Source of the DNA: a virus
IMG/VR virus record: IMGVR_UViG_3300033153_001906
Location: 55,175 to 119,174 of that record
Direction: 5' to 3' (one strand)
Length of the DNA stretch: 64,000 bases
Part shown: positions 8,979-18,856 of the stretch, piece after piece
How positions within the stretch are numbered: the first letter of the stretch is position 1
How the letters are laid out: the number at the start of each line of letters is the position of its first letter
The notes under the pieces: generated by a model
The model's input: the letters and a program-made list of their open reading frames with translations, nothing else
Database searches by the model: none
What the model was told of the DNA's origin: nothing
Translations under genes and position numbers: made by a program

Positions 8979-9953
8979 TTAGAACTCAAACTCGTCCTGG
9001 CATATGAGTACTTTGCGCACAGGATCCCACTCAGAATCATCATCGTATTTCTTTGCCATTTCGTCTGCTACTTCTGTTGTGATCTTAGCCAAAAACTGAT
9101 GGCCGTCAGTATCAACGTCTTGTGAAGTGTTTGGCTGTGGCGTGAATGCTTTGCGCGACTCCATCATAAACCTATAGAGTATCGCGTACTTTGAAAACTC
9201 AGCAAGGAAGTCAGTCAACTGTTCATCTTGGTTTGCTTCTGCCATTGATTTGATCTTTTCACCAATAGACTTGTGAAACGGCTGTTGCTGTGACTCTTTA
9301 CTGTGAGCATAAATCCAGCGTACCACTGTGTTCGTATCTTTCATATCTGAATCGGGAACAGGATGAAACATGAGGGTGTGACTGACTCCGCCCATTACTT
9401 TTGCTTCTTCTTCTGCCTTCTTGTAATATGCTTTGAAAGTTTTGATTGCTTCTGGAATGCAGTCTAAGAAGTATTGGTAGTTGATTTTCTCATAGATGAA
9501 TGATTCATGTTCATCTTTTGCATAAAACGTTTCTTGCCATGAGAAATCTTCCATGATGCGATCAAGAATGTCTTTGCGGATGAACCCAAGTCTAGCGTGA
9601 TTGTCAGAATTTTCCATGCCCATGAGACTTGCTCTGAATGTTTTGACATCATGGAATTTTAGTTCTTCCCGCGCGATCTTTTCAACGAATTGATCAGGTT
9701 TCAGATCATCACCAATTGGGGTTTTGTATTTGCGAAATTCGTCTGCGGTAAAGTGAAGTCCTAGTCCGTGGCATTCTTCGCTAGTACCATACTCATTGTA
9801 CTCACCGTAGAACATGATAGGAGAAACATAAAACAAAGAATTTGGCTTGTACCATTCACCATCTTCATTTCTTGTTACAACTGTCATGGCGACTTCATCG
9901 CCGCCCGTAACTGGCAGATTCGATACAATGCACGTTTCATTCCAGCAACCCAT
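8979..9953 (-). CDS. hypothetical phage protein
   Basis: 324 aa, starts MGCWNETC, has its own promoter. Confidence 0.8.
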   Translation of the reverse strand: MGCWNETCIVSNLPVTGGDEVAMTVVTRNEDGEWYKPNSLFYVSPIMFYGEYNEYGTSEECHGLGLHFTADEFRKYKTPIGDDLKPDQFVEKIAREELKFHDVKTFRASLMGMENSDNHARLGFIRKDILDRIMEDFSWQETFYAKDEHESFIYEKINYQYFLDCIPEAIKTFKAYYKKAEEEAKVMGGVSHTLMFHPVPDSDMKDTNTVVRWIYAHSKESQQQPFHKSIGEKIKSMAEANQDEQLTDFLAEFSKYAILYRFMMESRKAFTPQPNTSQDVDTDGHQFLAKITTEVADEMAKKYDDDSEWDPVRKVLICQDEFEF

Positions 9954-9980
9954 AGTCTTAATCCTGTACGCTAAAACAAT

Positions 9981-10010
9981 ATTTTAGCATACATTTGGGC
10001 CGCGTGTCAA
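9981..10010 (-). promoter_or_regulatory. sigma70-type promoter (extended -10)
   Basis: TTGACA-N18-TAAAAT with TG extension; upstream ATTTAG. Confidence 0.65.
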
Positions 10011-10023
10011 CAACTAAATGTTG

Positions 10024-10317
10024 TTAATAAACATGCAGTTGCAGATTCCCCTCAATAAAAGCTTGTAGTTGCTTTGGAAAGTTCTCGTCAAGCTCGCTTC
10101 CTGTCTTTAATTTATGCACAAAATATTCTTTCTGGTCAAAGTCAACTATTATCTTGACCAGTGGTTGGCCGTTGATTTCAAAGTATCCACCATCTGAGGA
10201 AGGCACTTTCAATATCGTAGGTTCTAGCTCAAATGTAACGTCTTTTAGAATTTCAGGAAGTCTAAGATTCAGTTCATCCACGCATGTTGGTTTCCACTGT
10301 ACCAAATACTCTTTCAT
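10024..10317 (-). CDS. hypothetical protein (FxxKL motif)
   Basis: EYFVHKLKTG. Confidence 0.7.
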   Translation of the reverse strand: MKEYLVQWKPTCVDELNLRLPEILKDVTFELEPTILKVPSSDGGYFEINGQPLVKIIVDFDQKEYFVHKLKTGSELDENFPKQLQAFIEGNLQLHVY

Positions 10318-10712
10318 TAAATGTCACCAACTTTCCTGTTTTCTGACTTTTCGATGGAGAACTTGCCACCTGGGTAGCGAGACTCAAGCTTCGCAACATT
10401 TTGTGCAATCACTTCTTCGGGATCAATTTCAAGTGCGATACATGCTTGTATCCAGTACCATTCAATATCGCCGAGTTCTTTGATTAGGTGTGCGCGAATC
10501 TCAGGGGTGTAGTCTTTACCGTGATATTTGAGTTTCTTGATAAGATCAGCGGACTCACCAGATTCACTTGCTAGTCCAGTGAATGCTGTATCTAGCCGTG
10601 CAAAATTGCATCCTTGCGTTTCAAGCTTACGGACTTGTTTGATAAATTCTTCGGTGTCTTTGCTGGCTGCGGACGTAACTCCGTCCACGAACTTCGTGTA
10701 TTTGTCTAGCAT
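10317..10712 (-). CDS. MazG-like NTP pyrophosphohydrolase
   Basis: GLASESGE...KK...ELGDIEWY...NVAKLESRYP. Confidence 0.9.
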   Translation of the reverse strand: MLDKYTKFVDGVTSAASKDTEEFIKQVRKLETQGCNFARLDTAFTGLASESGESADLIKKLKYHGKDYTPEIRAHLIKELGDIEWYWIQACIALEIDPEEVIAQNVAKLESRYPGGKFSIEKSENRKVGDI

Positions 10713-10731
10713 TTCTGCTCCTTTACGTGTG

Positions 10732-10947
10732 TTATTTGTGTTTGTTTAGTGTTTCGTAATATTTGAGTGCAAAAAACCAAAGTGCAACATTGAATGTAAT
10801 TATAGTAAAGCTAACTGAAAAGATTCTACCAGCATTGCTCACAAATACATCAAAGAGACTTCCAAATAGACATAGCTCTATTATCGTAACCAGTACGAAA
10901 AATGCTATAGCAATTATTTTGCATTTCTTTTCTCTGTTTGGTGTCAT
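10732..10947 (-). CDS. small two-TM membrane protein
   Basis: two hydrophobic helices. Confidence 0.65.
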   Translation of the reverse strand: MTPNREKKCKIIAIAFFVLVTIIELCLFGSLFDVFVSNAGRIFSVSFTIITFNVALWFFALKYYETLNKHK

Positions 10948-11411
10948 ATTTTCTTCTTGAGCAAGCGAGCTATGAAGTCTAGTTCCTTGCCTCTACTGTC
11001 TATGTATTGTTCTGCTGCTTTTTTGAATTTTACTACGTGACTGCCTGTTATTTGTGTGGCTATTGTCTCCGTACTATCTTCTCTGTATTTAGCGGCAGAC
11101 TTTATATTTACTTTGATTATCACGCCATTACCATCGCTACGCATCACGATACACATATTCTTTTTATCATTTATGAGTGATGCATCTTTCATTTCTGACA
11201 TATTGTATGCAACTGGTGTCCACTCGTATGTGTTGTCGCGTATGTCAACCAGAATTTTATCTAATAGTTTTATTTCTTGTTGTCTGTGTTTCTTGGCATG
11301 TGCGGACAGTTTTGGTCCGACTTTTAAACGATAATATACGTAACCAAGAAGGGCCACTGATACAAATATACTAAGTATTTGCATCCATTCTATATCAACC
11401 CATTCGAACAT
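10944..11411 (-). CDS. membrane-anchored hypothetical protein
   Basis: N-terminal TM segment, basic tail. Confidence 0.7.
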   Translation of the reverse strand: MFEWVDIEWMQILSIFVSVALLGYVYYRLKVGPKLSAHAKKHRQQEIKLLDKILVDIRDNTYEWTPVAYNMSEMKDASLINDKKNMCIVMRSDGNGVIIKVNIKSAAKYREDSTETIATQITGSHVVKFKKAAEQYIDSRGKELDFIARLLKKKI

Positions 11412-11844
11412 TTCGTGGTTTCTCTATCTTTTGATTTTGTAGTTGTAGAAAATAATCGTGCATTCTGTCAGTATCAACTATACCCCAATCTACATGGCTT
11501 CTTCCGCCCAAGTGAGTTGAGCCAGCAACTAATGCTGTTCCTTCAACCAGTGCATCATCAGTAACGTGGGATTTATCATCCAATATTGCTTTATCTTTTA
11601 CGACTGCAAACCCACTGGCACACGTAGAGCCTAACAGTGTTGCTTCACCTAGTACTTGTGCATATTCAAACACCTCTGCACTAGGACTAATGTAACATTT
11701 CTCAGCAACTACAGCAGATTCAGCAACCCATCCACCAATAGTACCATCGGGATTGATATGTGGCATTGCATATGTTTCTACTCCATTGTGAAACTTATGC
11801 TTCCCATATTTCAATCTGTTCAAAAATGTTCCCTTCGTACTCAT
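11395..11844 (-). CDS. left-handed beta-helix (hexapeptide repeat) protein
   Basis: HINPDG-x2-GGWVA followed by hexapeptide repeats. Confidence 0.75.
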   Translation of the reverse strand: MSTKGTFLNRLKYGKHKFHNGVETYAMPHINPDGTIGGWVAESAVVAEKCYISPSAEVFEYAQVLGEATLLGSTCASGFAVVKDKAILDDKSHVTDDALVEGTALVAGSTHLGGRSHVDWGIVDTDRMHDYFLQLQNQKIEKPRNVRMG

Positions 11845-12077
11845 ATGCCGCCTGTCGTAAGTTGAAATTTCAAAGACTCTTTAGGATCTTCAAAATCAAA
11901 TGCTACCCAGCCTATTCCGTTTATTCTATTATCGTCAGTGGTGTTGAGATAATAACTATTCCAGCCTTTCTTAATATGTGCATAGCACCAAGTACGAAGA
12001 TCGCACAGCTCCTCAAATGCTGTGCGATCTTGAACTATTACCGAATCATGTACTTGTATTAAGACTGTTGTAGTCAT
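11841..12077 (-). CDS. hypothetical protein
   Basis: WC...W...FDFEDPKESLKFQLTTGG. Confidence 0.7.
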   Translation of the reverse strand: MTTTVLIQVHDSVIVQDRTAFEELCDLRTWCYAHIKKGWNSYYLNTTDDNRINGIGWVAFDFEDPKESLKFQLTTGGI

Positions 12078-12683
12078 TTAATCGTTCCGAGAAGTAACCA
12101 CCTTGTCAGCAAAGCCTAGCTCTACTGCTTCGTGTGCAGATAAAAAGCGATCACGCTCAAGCATTTCCGCAATTTTATCTTTGGTCAGGCTTGCTGAGTT
12201 GTGTCGCTCGTATAAACTATTTAGTCTGTCTTTAAGTTCCAGAACGTGGTTTGCATGAATCTCAATGTCTGTTGCTTGACCAGAGTATCCTGCACTTGGT
12301 TGGTGAACCATTGTCTCAGCATTCTCAAGGATAAAACGGTTTCCAGCTTCACCAGCATTGGCAATGAATGAACCCATTGATGCTGCCTGTCCCATAACCA
12401 TTGTGTGGATAGGGCAAGAAACAAACTGCATTGAGTCATATACTGCGAGACCCGCTGTAACACTACCACCTGGGCTATGAATGTACATATTGATTTCTTT
12501 GTCAGGGTTCTCTGACTCCAAGAATAGTAGCTGTGCTACCACAATATCTGCCATTTCTGGTGTTACTACCCCACGAAAGAACACGATTCGATCTTTCATC
12601 AACCTACTAAACAGATCAAATGCTCGTTCGCCCCGTGATGTTGACTCAATTACTGTTGGAATTAAATAATTACTAGCTGTCAT
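12078..12683 (-). CDS. clpP: ATP-dependent Clp protease proteolytic subunit
   Basis: PTVIE-x3[12 protein letters not shown], HSPGG, AASMG, HQP, ERDRF; start moved to MTASNY. Confidence 0.97.
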   Translation of the reverse strand: MTASNYLIPTVIESTSRGERAFDLFSRLMKDRIVFFRGVVTPEMADIVVAQLLFLESENPDKEINMYIHSPGGSVTAGLAVYDSMQFVSCPIHTMVMGQAASMGSFIANAGEAGNRFILENAETMVHQPSAGYSGQATDIEIHANHVLELKDRLNSLYERHNSASLTKDKIAEMLERDRFLSAHEAVELGFADKVVTSRND

Positions 12684-12698
12684 GTTGTTTCCTTTTTT

Positions 12699-12706
12699 GA
12701 TAAATA
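12699..12706 (+). promoter_or_regulatory. late-type promoter GATAAATA
   Basis: GATAAATA-N5-ATG(12712). Confidence 0.8.
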
Positions 12707-12711
12707 CTATT

Positions 12712-13038
12712 ATGAAAATTAGAGAAATTATTACAGAAGATGTGGATATGAGTTGGTGGCAAGATAAAGATGCTGAATTCAATCCCGAAGCCTTGAAACA
12801 AATTCGCAAGCAAGAAAAACGCTCGGAGATGTTTAAGGACAATGGTACGCAAGTATTCACCAAGCCTGTTCGTTCACCTGAAAATAATTTCTCTAATATT
12901 CCTCCTGAAGATGCTGCACCAAGCGCAGGCTATGTTGGCAATGTCGAAGTTCGTACTCGCGCAAAACATATTTCGCCTGAGTACGCTGAAAAACTAGCGT
13001 CTATGCCTCTCCCAAGACCTCCTCAATTGCCAAGGTAA
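12712..13038 (+). CDS. putative head-internal protein
   Basis: starts [10 protein letters not shown] directly after late promoter. Confidence 0.7.
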   Translation: MKIREIITEDVDMSWWQDKDAEFNPEALKQIRKQEKRSEMFKDNGTQVFTKPVRSPENNFSNIPPEDAAPSAGYVGNVEVRTRAKHISPEYAEKLASMPLPRPPQLPR

Positions 13039-13804
13039 CTGAAGCAGCAAAATCTCTATCGTATGCTGAATCTTCCTCGTTAAGTGAGTTGAAGTTGTCC
13101 ATAGCCCACATCCAATAATCATTGGGTACTTCTGTTAATTTCTTACCTTTGTGTTTCCCAAATGGCATGATTGTAATGATAACTGGTTTATTCAACCAAT
13201 CTGTAATTTGATCACCGAGATCCTGCGTTGCATCCAGTTGGCCCGCAGCAATCGCATCTTCAACCAATCGAACAAAAAGTAATGTTGTAACCAGTACGTC
13301 TGCGTCTGCTAAGTGAGCAGGGACATCATCTGGAATTGGCAGATCAAGCGCGTAGCGCAAGAATGATAGGTTGTGTTTTGTGATGTTCACATCATCTTTG
13401 TAAAGTTTCTTGGCGAATCGCATTGTGCAAATAGTTTGAGGAAATTTAACTCCCTGTACCTTGAATATGCCTTCGTCGTAATACGAGTTGTGCGCCACCA
13501 TGTAGCGATGCGCATTGATATTTTCCTCAATCTCACTCGCCTTCTCTGCAAACTTTGGTGAACCAGCTACCATCCTGCCTGTGATGGTTGTGATTGACGA
13601 TGTTTCTGGTGTGATTGGGGTTTCTGTTGTAAAAAACTGCGCTGGTACTGCACCCTTGTGTCCGTTTTCTGCATATCGCTCTAGGATGTTGATAACGCTG
13701 TCGCCCGCGTACTGTATGACTTCCGCTTCTTTAAAATCGAGTGACGTAGTTTCTGTATCTATTACGATACATTCCGTCAATAATTGTTCTACTGGATTGC
13801 TCAT
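13001..13804 (-). CDS. DEDDh 3'-5' exonuclease (ExoX-like)
   Basis: IDTETT, VAHNSYYD, AHLADADV, C-terminal MPFGKHKG. Confidence 0.92.
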   Translation of the reverse strand: MSNPVEQLLTECIVIDTETTSLDFKEAEVIQYAGDSVINILERYAENGHKGAVPAQFFTTETPITPETSSITTITGRMVAGSPKFAEKASEIEENINAHRYMVAHNSYYDEGIFKVQGVKFPQTICTMRFAKKLYKDDVNITKHNLSFLRYALDLPIPDDVPAHLADADVLVTTLLFVRLVEDAIAAGQLDATQDLGDQITDWLNKPVIITIMPFGKHKGKKLTEVPNDYWMWAMDNFNSLNEEDSAYDRDFAASVTLAIEEVLGEA

Positions 13805-13827
13805 TATTTTTGTTCTCCTGTCTAGAC

Positions 13828-13864
13828 ATTATAGCGCATCTAAATGCATTTGTCAAGATAAATA
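13828..13864. promoter_or_regulatory. back-to-back promoters: sigma70 (minus, 13828-13856) and GATAAATA (plus, 13857-13864)
   Basis: TTGACA-N17-TATAAT abuts GATAAATA-N5-ATG. Confidence 0.8.
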
Positions 13865-13869
13865 GTAGT

Positions 13870-14439
13870 ATGAGAGCAATTGAATTATTAAAAGAGGAAA
13901 GCGGAAACGTTTGGTCTGTGACACTGAAAGATAAGTGGACAGACCCAGGCGATCCATCAGAATATCGAGAAGATGTTCAGAATTGGGAATACGATGTGCG
14001 CTATAACGGAAAAGTTGTTGGTAGCTTAACGTATGACACGTTCTTTGGGAACATGCTTGGAGACTTTGGTGCGCGCACAATCGAAATTGGGCGATATGCA
14101 GATCCTAGTTTGAATCCAATTGTTGATGATGATGAACAGATGGAAGCGTATGTTCTTTCCTCTATTGGTAATTACTTCAATTCAAAGACGGGCAATCGCC
14201 ACTTTGAGGTAATGACTCGCCAGCAAGGATTAGAAAAAGAGGAACTAGAAGAAATTAAAGTTACCAAGACTCTAGCTGGCAAGCGTACTAGACCTACTCA
14301 AGACCTTGCATCAAAAGAAAAGATGTCTCGTTCAAAGAAATATCGTGATGGTAGCGAAAAGAAAGATGCATCAACTCCTATGAACAGAAATGTTCACGAC
14401 CTCGCTAATATTACGCTGAAGGGCGAATATCGCTCTTAA
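13870..14439 (+). CDS. putative head-internal protein
   Basis: starts MRAIELLKEES after late promoter; internal LEE then basic tail. Confidence 0.7.
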   Translation: MRAIELLKEESGNVWSVTLKDKWTDPGDPSEYREDVQNWEYDVRYNGKVVGSLTYDTFFGNMLGDFGARTIEIGRYADPSLNPIVDDDEQMEAYVLSSIGNYFNSKTGNRHFEVMTRQQGLEKEELEEIKVTKTLAGKRTRPTQDLASKEKMSRSKKYRDGSEKKDASTPMNRNVHDLANITLKGEYRS

Positions 14440-14612
14440 TACTCACCAGAGTTCTTAAACCACTTCTCACCTTTCAACTGAAAGTTTGCGCTAACGATGA
14501 TTCGTTTGGCGGCGTTCTTGCATTCTGTGCATTCGGTAAGTGGTTCGTCGGTAATTCGTTGGACTGCTTCAAAGCGATGTCCGTCTTTGCATTCGTATGT
14601 GTATGTTGGCAT
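14436..14612 (-). CDS. FmdB-family zinc ribbon protein
   Basis: MPTYTYEC-x3-H-x-FE...CTEC...FQLKGEKWF. Confidence 0.88.
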   Translation of the reverse strand: MPTYTYECKDGHRFEAVQRITDEPLTECTECKNAAKRIIVSANFQLKGEKWFKNSGEY

Positions 14613-14613
14613 T

Positions 14614-16031
14614 TTATCCCTTGAGTTTAAATGTGATGCGACCCTTTGGTCTGTCTGTGCTGTAAAAGTTTGTGTTAGCATCGAATACAATTTTGCCTTC
14701 GAATGTTGCGGGGAATACTACTCTGAACACTGTAAATGCTAGTGCGTCCCCTTTCTTTTGTGTGATTGCGTATACTTGACACATTGCGCTCTGTGCCAGT
14801 ACTGCGCGGAATACTTCTGTTGGATTTAAGTCATTCAAGTAATTTGATACTTTTCTAGCGAGTGACGCGAGTATTCTGTAACCCAAGTTATAGTTGGGGT
14901 GGTTGATCGTCTTCTCGACATTCTCTTTGTTTGGATAAAATTTCACAAGCTTTTTCAATCTGCCTGTAAGCCCCTTGGTATCGTTGTCGAACTCTTTGAT
15001 TAGGTAGTTGATGATTTTAATGTCTGCATCACTAACGAAACCATACAGCTTGCCAGTCTTGAACACACCATCAACAGCAGAATTCTTTGACAATAAATTA
15101 ATTCCGTGAATCAATTCTTCATTATCTGCTAAGAATCCATCTTCGAATTTGTCAGATTTCTCATCTAGAATACGTGCAACAGAAGCAAGACTTGCACTTG
15201 CACCACCACCTCGTGCTTTAGAACTAATCGCTACTCGCGCATTACGTTCTTCATTAAGAAGGTACGAATCAACTAGTGCTTGTGTTACGCTTGTTGGGAA
15301 TTGTACTAGTGTCATGTCTGACCAATCAGCGCCCTGTGGTGCTAGTACTTGTGTCTCTACATCATCATAAGCACCTTCGATGAAATTACCTGTTAACATT
15401 GCAATGGCAGCAGCATATTCGCCCACATATTTCTCAATGACCGAGCGATATTGGTCTGCACCAGAGACATACGTTACTTCGCCGCGCGCGGAACAATCAG
15501 CTTAAGGTCTTCTGGTAGTGATTCTGGAAGTTCTTTATTAATGATAGTAAGCAATTCAGGAACTGTCATTGGCTCACTTGTGAATAGGTCAGAAGGTTTC
15601 AGTGCAATATTTTCAGATTGGCTCACTGTACTCTGTGACGAGTAGCCAGTTTCTTTTGCAAATTGGGTGTTCGACCAGTTAATTCCTAGTGCGCCAGGGC
15701 GAATGCCATTCGCATAGCGGCCCCACGCAACATACTCTTCGCCTTTTCTCCAAACACTAACAGCAGCAGCCTTTGCTGGTGCGTTAACCATATCAAAATT
15801 CTCAGGGGAGATACTACTATTTTCTAGCCATTCCATTACCGCAGCAACAGACTTGTCTCTGCCCTTTACTGGCACATCGACTTCACCCTTAACATCATCT
15901 TCGTACTTGCCACCACCATCGGGGAAGTAGATAATGTCATAGAGTTCAATCTCTTCGCCTTGGTCATTAGCAAAGACAGCGCCTTCGCCGTCGTTTACGA
16001 TAGTTTCTCTTGCTGCAATTCCTCTAGCCAT
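14614..16031 (-). pseudogene. single hypothetical gene split by a frameshift near 15482-15491
   Basis: upstream frame ends IVPRAAK*; downstream frame is open across the junction (RGEVTYVSGADQYRSVIEKYVGEY) with no good start. Confidence 0.65.
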
Positions 16032-16034
16032 TTA

Positions 16035-16544
16035 TTATCTATTCCACCAGCGTTTCTTTTTGAGTTCTGGATGTTCGACGTTAAGCACAATGTAATCGCC
16101 ATCGTCGCTTAGTGTCGCAGGAACATCTGATAGGTCAGCTTTTGCTAGTACATCGTGAATTAGCCGTTTGTTTACTCTTTCACCAACATCAGCACCGATA
16201 GCAAAAGCATCGTAAACATATTCGAGGCCTTCGCCATAAGGGTCGTCGGTATTGTCTACTGCATCGTTGTAAGCATCTTGCGCCTTGAAAGCAATTTCAT
16301 TCACAAGCTCATTGTAGCCTTCAGTTGTAACATCTATCTGCTCTTGCCTAGTAAAATCTCGCTGTCTGGGATTATCACGATTGTAGTTTGCATTATCATA
16401 TACCCAAATTGTTTTAGCAAAAACTGCCTTGCCACTTACTTTAACGTCATCGTGTTGTACAGACGTAACAATGTTCTTAAAACCTAGCTGTGAATCTTCG
16501 TATAGAGCTTCAACAGTCTCCATTAGTTTTCTCATTTCATTCAT
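16035..16544 (-). CDS. putative head-internal protein (MNEMRKLME family)
   Basis: N-terminus shared with 50669-51049 and 63405-64000. Confidence 0.75.
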   Translation of the reverse strand: MNEMRKLMETVEALYEDSQLGFKNIVTSVQHDDVKVSGKAVFAKTIWVYDNANYNRDNPRQRDFTRQEQIDVTTEGYNELVNEIAFKAQDAYNDAVDNTDDPYGEGLEYVYDAFAIGADVGERVNKRLIHDVLAKADLSDVPATLSDDGDYIVLNVEHPELKKKRWWNR

Positions 16545-18476
16545 TAGTCAAACCTCAGTCCTAGTTCTTCATCTTTGATTTCTGGATCAATCGTGTCATT
16601 TTCGTAATCACTCATTGGCATATCTTTTGCGCCATGCGCTTTCATAATATCAGATTTGCCGCGAGCAATTGGCCCTAGATCATCTGGATCTGGATTCTAG
16701 ATTAATGCCTTCAACCCATTTCTTTACAGGCACTTCATGTAGCGACCATCGTTGATCGAACGAGCCTTCACTATATCTAGGATCATGTGGTATTTTTCCT
16801 TGCCACACTGTAGATCCTCGCTCATGTGTTACTGAAGGATCATCGAACGCAGAGATATAAGCTTGCACTTCCGCTTTAATTTGTGCTAATGCTTCTTGGC
16901 GGGTGTCGTGGGTCGTTGTTATTTCATTGTGCTTGTATGGAGAATCTATTTCGTGCATATACTCAACAGGATAAGTGTCACGTTTTACTGCATACCTCTG
17001 ACCAACACGCTTATAATCTGCTGGCTTCATTCCAATGCCGAGTGAATCCTCATTATCTTCGTCTAAGTATTCTTCAGGATCAGCAAGCTGTACCCAAATG
17101 TACTTGAACACTTTGTTATTATTGTAACACTTGATGTAAACATCTCTGCCCTTGCGTTGTGCTTTACTCTGTCCTTCTTTGTGGTCGTCCGCCCAATCAA
17201 GTGCAACATCACGCGGTAGTGCTTCGCTGTTCATCTGATCCCAGTATTCTTGATCTTTGTACTTGAGTAGTACGTTGAAATACTCTTGATCCTTGTCGTA
17301 ATGGTCTTCTTCAATCTTTGGACACTTGCCTGTGCCTTTGCACTCAGGACAATCTGCGCCACCCTTTGGAACACGACCTAAGCCGTAGCAAGCATTACAT
17401 TCACCATCATTTTCATATACTGGTGTTGCACCGTAATCATCATACTTGACTGCGCCAACTTCGTCTAGTTCATCATCCATGCGCGCAAACTCTGCATCTG
17501 CTTCTAGATCGTCTGCACGTTCATCGTCGCCATCTTCTCGCGCCCAATGTGCATCCCAATCTGTATCGTCTGGATCACCTTCAAACATTTCATCTTTTCC
17601 ATGACAAACTTCACAATCATCATCTTCGCCATCACAATACATACAAGGATTGTTATCGGCCAATTTGGATTCGAAGTCATCTATGAATTCTTTTCCTTCT
17701 GGATCATCGCCTATGCCGCCCTCAGCCACTCCGTTTCTGCGATTGTCTAGTTGGCGATCAATCATTGATTGAAGTTCTTCACCATAGTCACGTTCTAGAT
17801 TATCAAGTACGTAACCGTCAACATCGTCAGGACGACCAGTTCTATGACCAACTGGAATTTCGTCAGCGTGAGTAGTTAAGAAATGATCGTATAGTATATC
17901 AAAGTACGATGAACCATAAACAATATCACCTTGTTCATCTAAATCTTTAAGCAAGTCAGCAACTTCATTATCAGCAAGGATATCTTTTATGCTGTGTCCA
18001 GAATCTTCGCTTAGTTCAGAATCAGCAACTTTGTCTTGTAGTTTTCTTTCATCGCTGTCGCTACATCTTGGGCAGTCGAATGTGCCATGATCGCCATAAA
18101 GAAATCCTTTGCCCTTGCATAGACATTCTTCGCCCTCATCTTCACCAACAAATTGCTTGCTGCCACAGTTCAAACATGCTACGCCGTCGAGTGGTTCTTC
18201 ATCGTCACAATAAGGACACTCAGGTTCTGCATCTTCGCCAACAAACTGAGTTGATTGCTTAACATCTGTTAAAGTTGCACTTATTCCCGCTGTAGAGTCT
18301 AGCCCCCAAGCTTCTGCTGCTTTCTTTACAGCACCGTAGCTAGAATCTGCCTTGCATTCATGCTCGCCTTTTTTATTATGATGGCAAACGTATGGACGTT
18401 CGTTGCCTTCATTAATGTCTTCCATTGCTTGACGGAGACGTTTCATTTCATTTAGTTGTTGTCTTGCATCTGACAT
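16544..18476 (-). CDS. acidic multi-module protein with CxxC units, putative polyprotein; apparent frameshift near 16680-16696
   Basis: start MSDARQQ after GGAG; main frame stops at 16680, shifted frame continues to TAATG at 16544. Confidence 0.7.
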
Positions 18477-18490
18477 ATCAAACTCCACAT

Positions 18491-18510
18491 TATTTATATG
18501 TGTATTTATC
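18491..18510 (-). promoter_or_regulatory. tandem late-type promoters GATAAATA (18503-18510) and TATAAATA (18491-18498)
   Basis: direct motif match in intergenic gap. Confidence 0.75.
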
Positions 18511-18523
18511 GCATTCTTATTTT

Positions 18524-18856
18524 TTAGTGGAGTGTTTGTGGTATGTAGTATGTTACGTCTAGTTCGTCTACGCCCTTTTCATATAAATCCACTATGAAGT
18601 CAGACAGTTTGCTGTGATAGTTGTTTCTTGTGACTTCGCCAACGTCTGGAATCCCCGTTGCAATCAAATATGCAGGGGCTACTTCATCAAAATATCCCAA
18701 AAGTTCTTGTTTCGTAAATGCTTCGTCGGCGTCTGTTAGAAATATCCCCATTGCTCGCGCTTGATTAAAACCGTCGTATTCGTATGCCACGACAACGTGT
18801 TGGTCAGGGAAGTAATATGTTTCATTTTTGTTGTTCTCCATTCTTATCTTCTCCAA
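18524..18856 (-). CDS. hypothetical protein
   Basis: about 105 aa, likely start MENNK. Confidence 0.7.
   Translation of the reverse strand: MEKIRMENNKNETYYFPDQHVVVAYEYDGFNQARAMGIFLTDADEAFTKQELLGYFDEVAPAYLIATGIPDVGEVTRNNYHSKLSDFIVDLYEKGVDELDVTYYIPQTLH

Noticed and set aside
12684-12863. N-terminal extension of ClpP in the ORF track
   Set aside because: Overlaps the divergent plus-strand gene; SD and family alignment support the start at 12683
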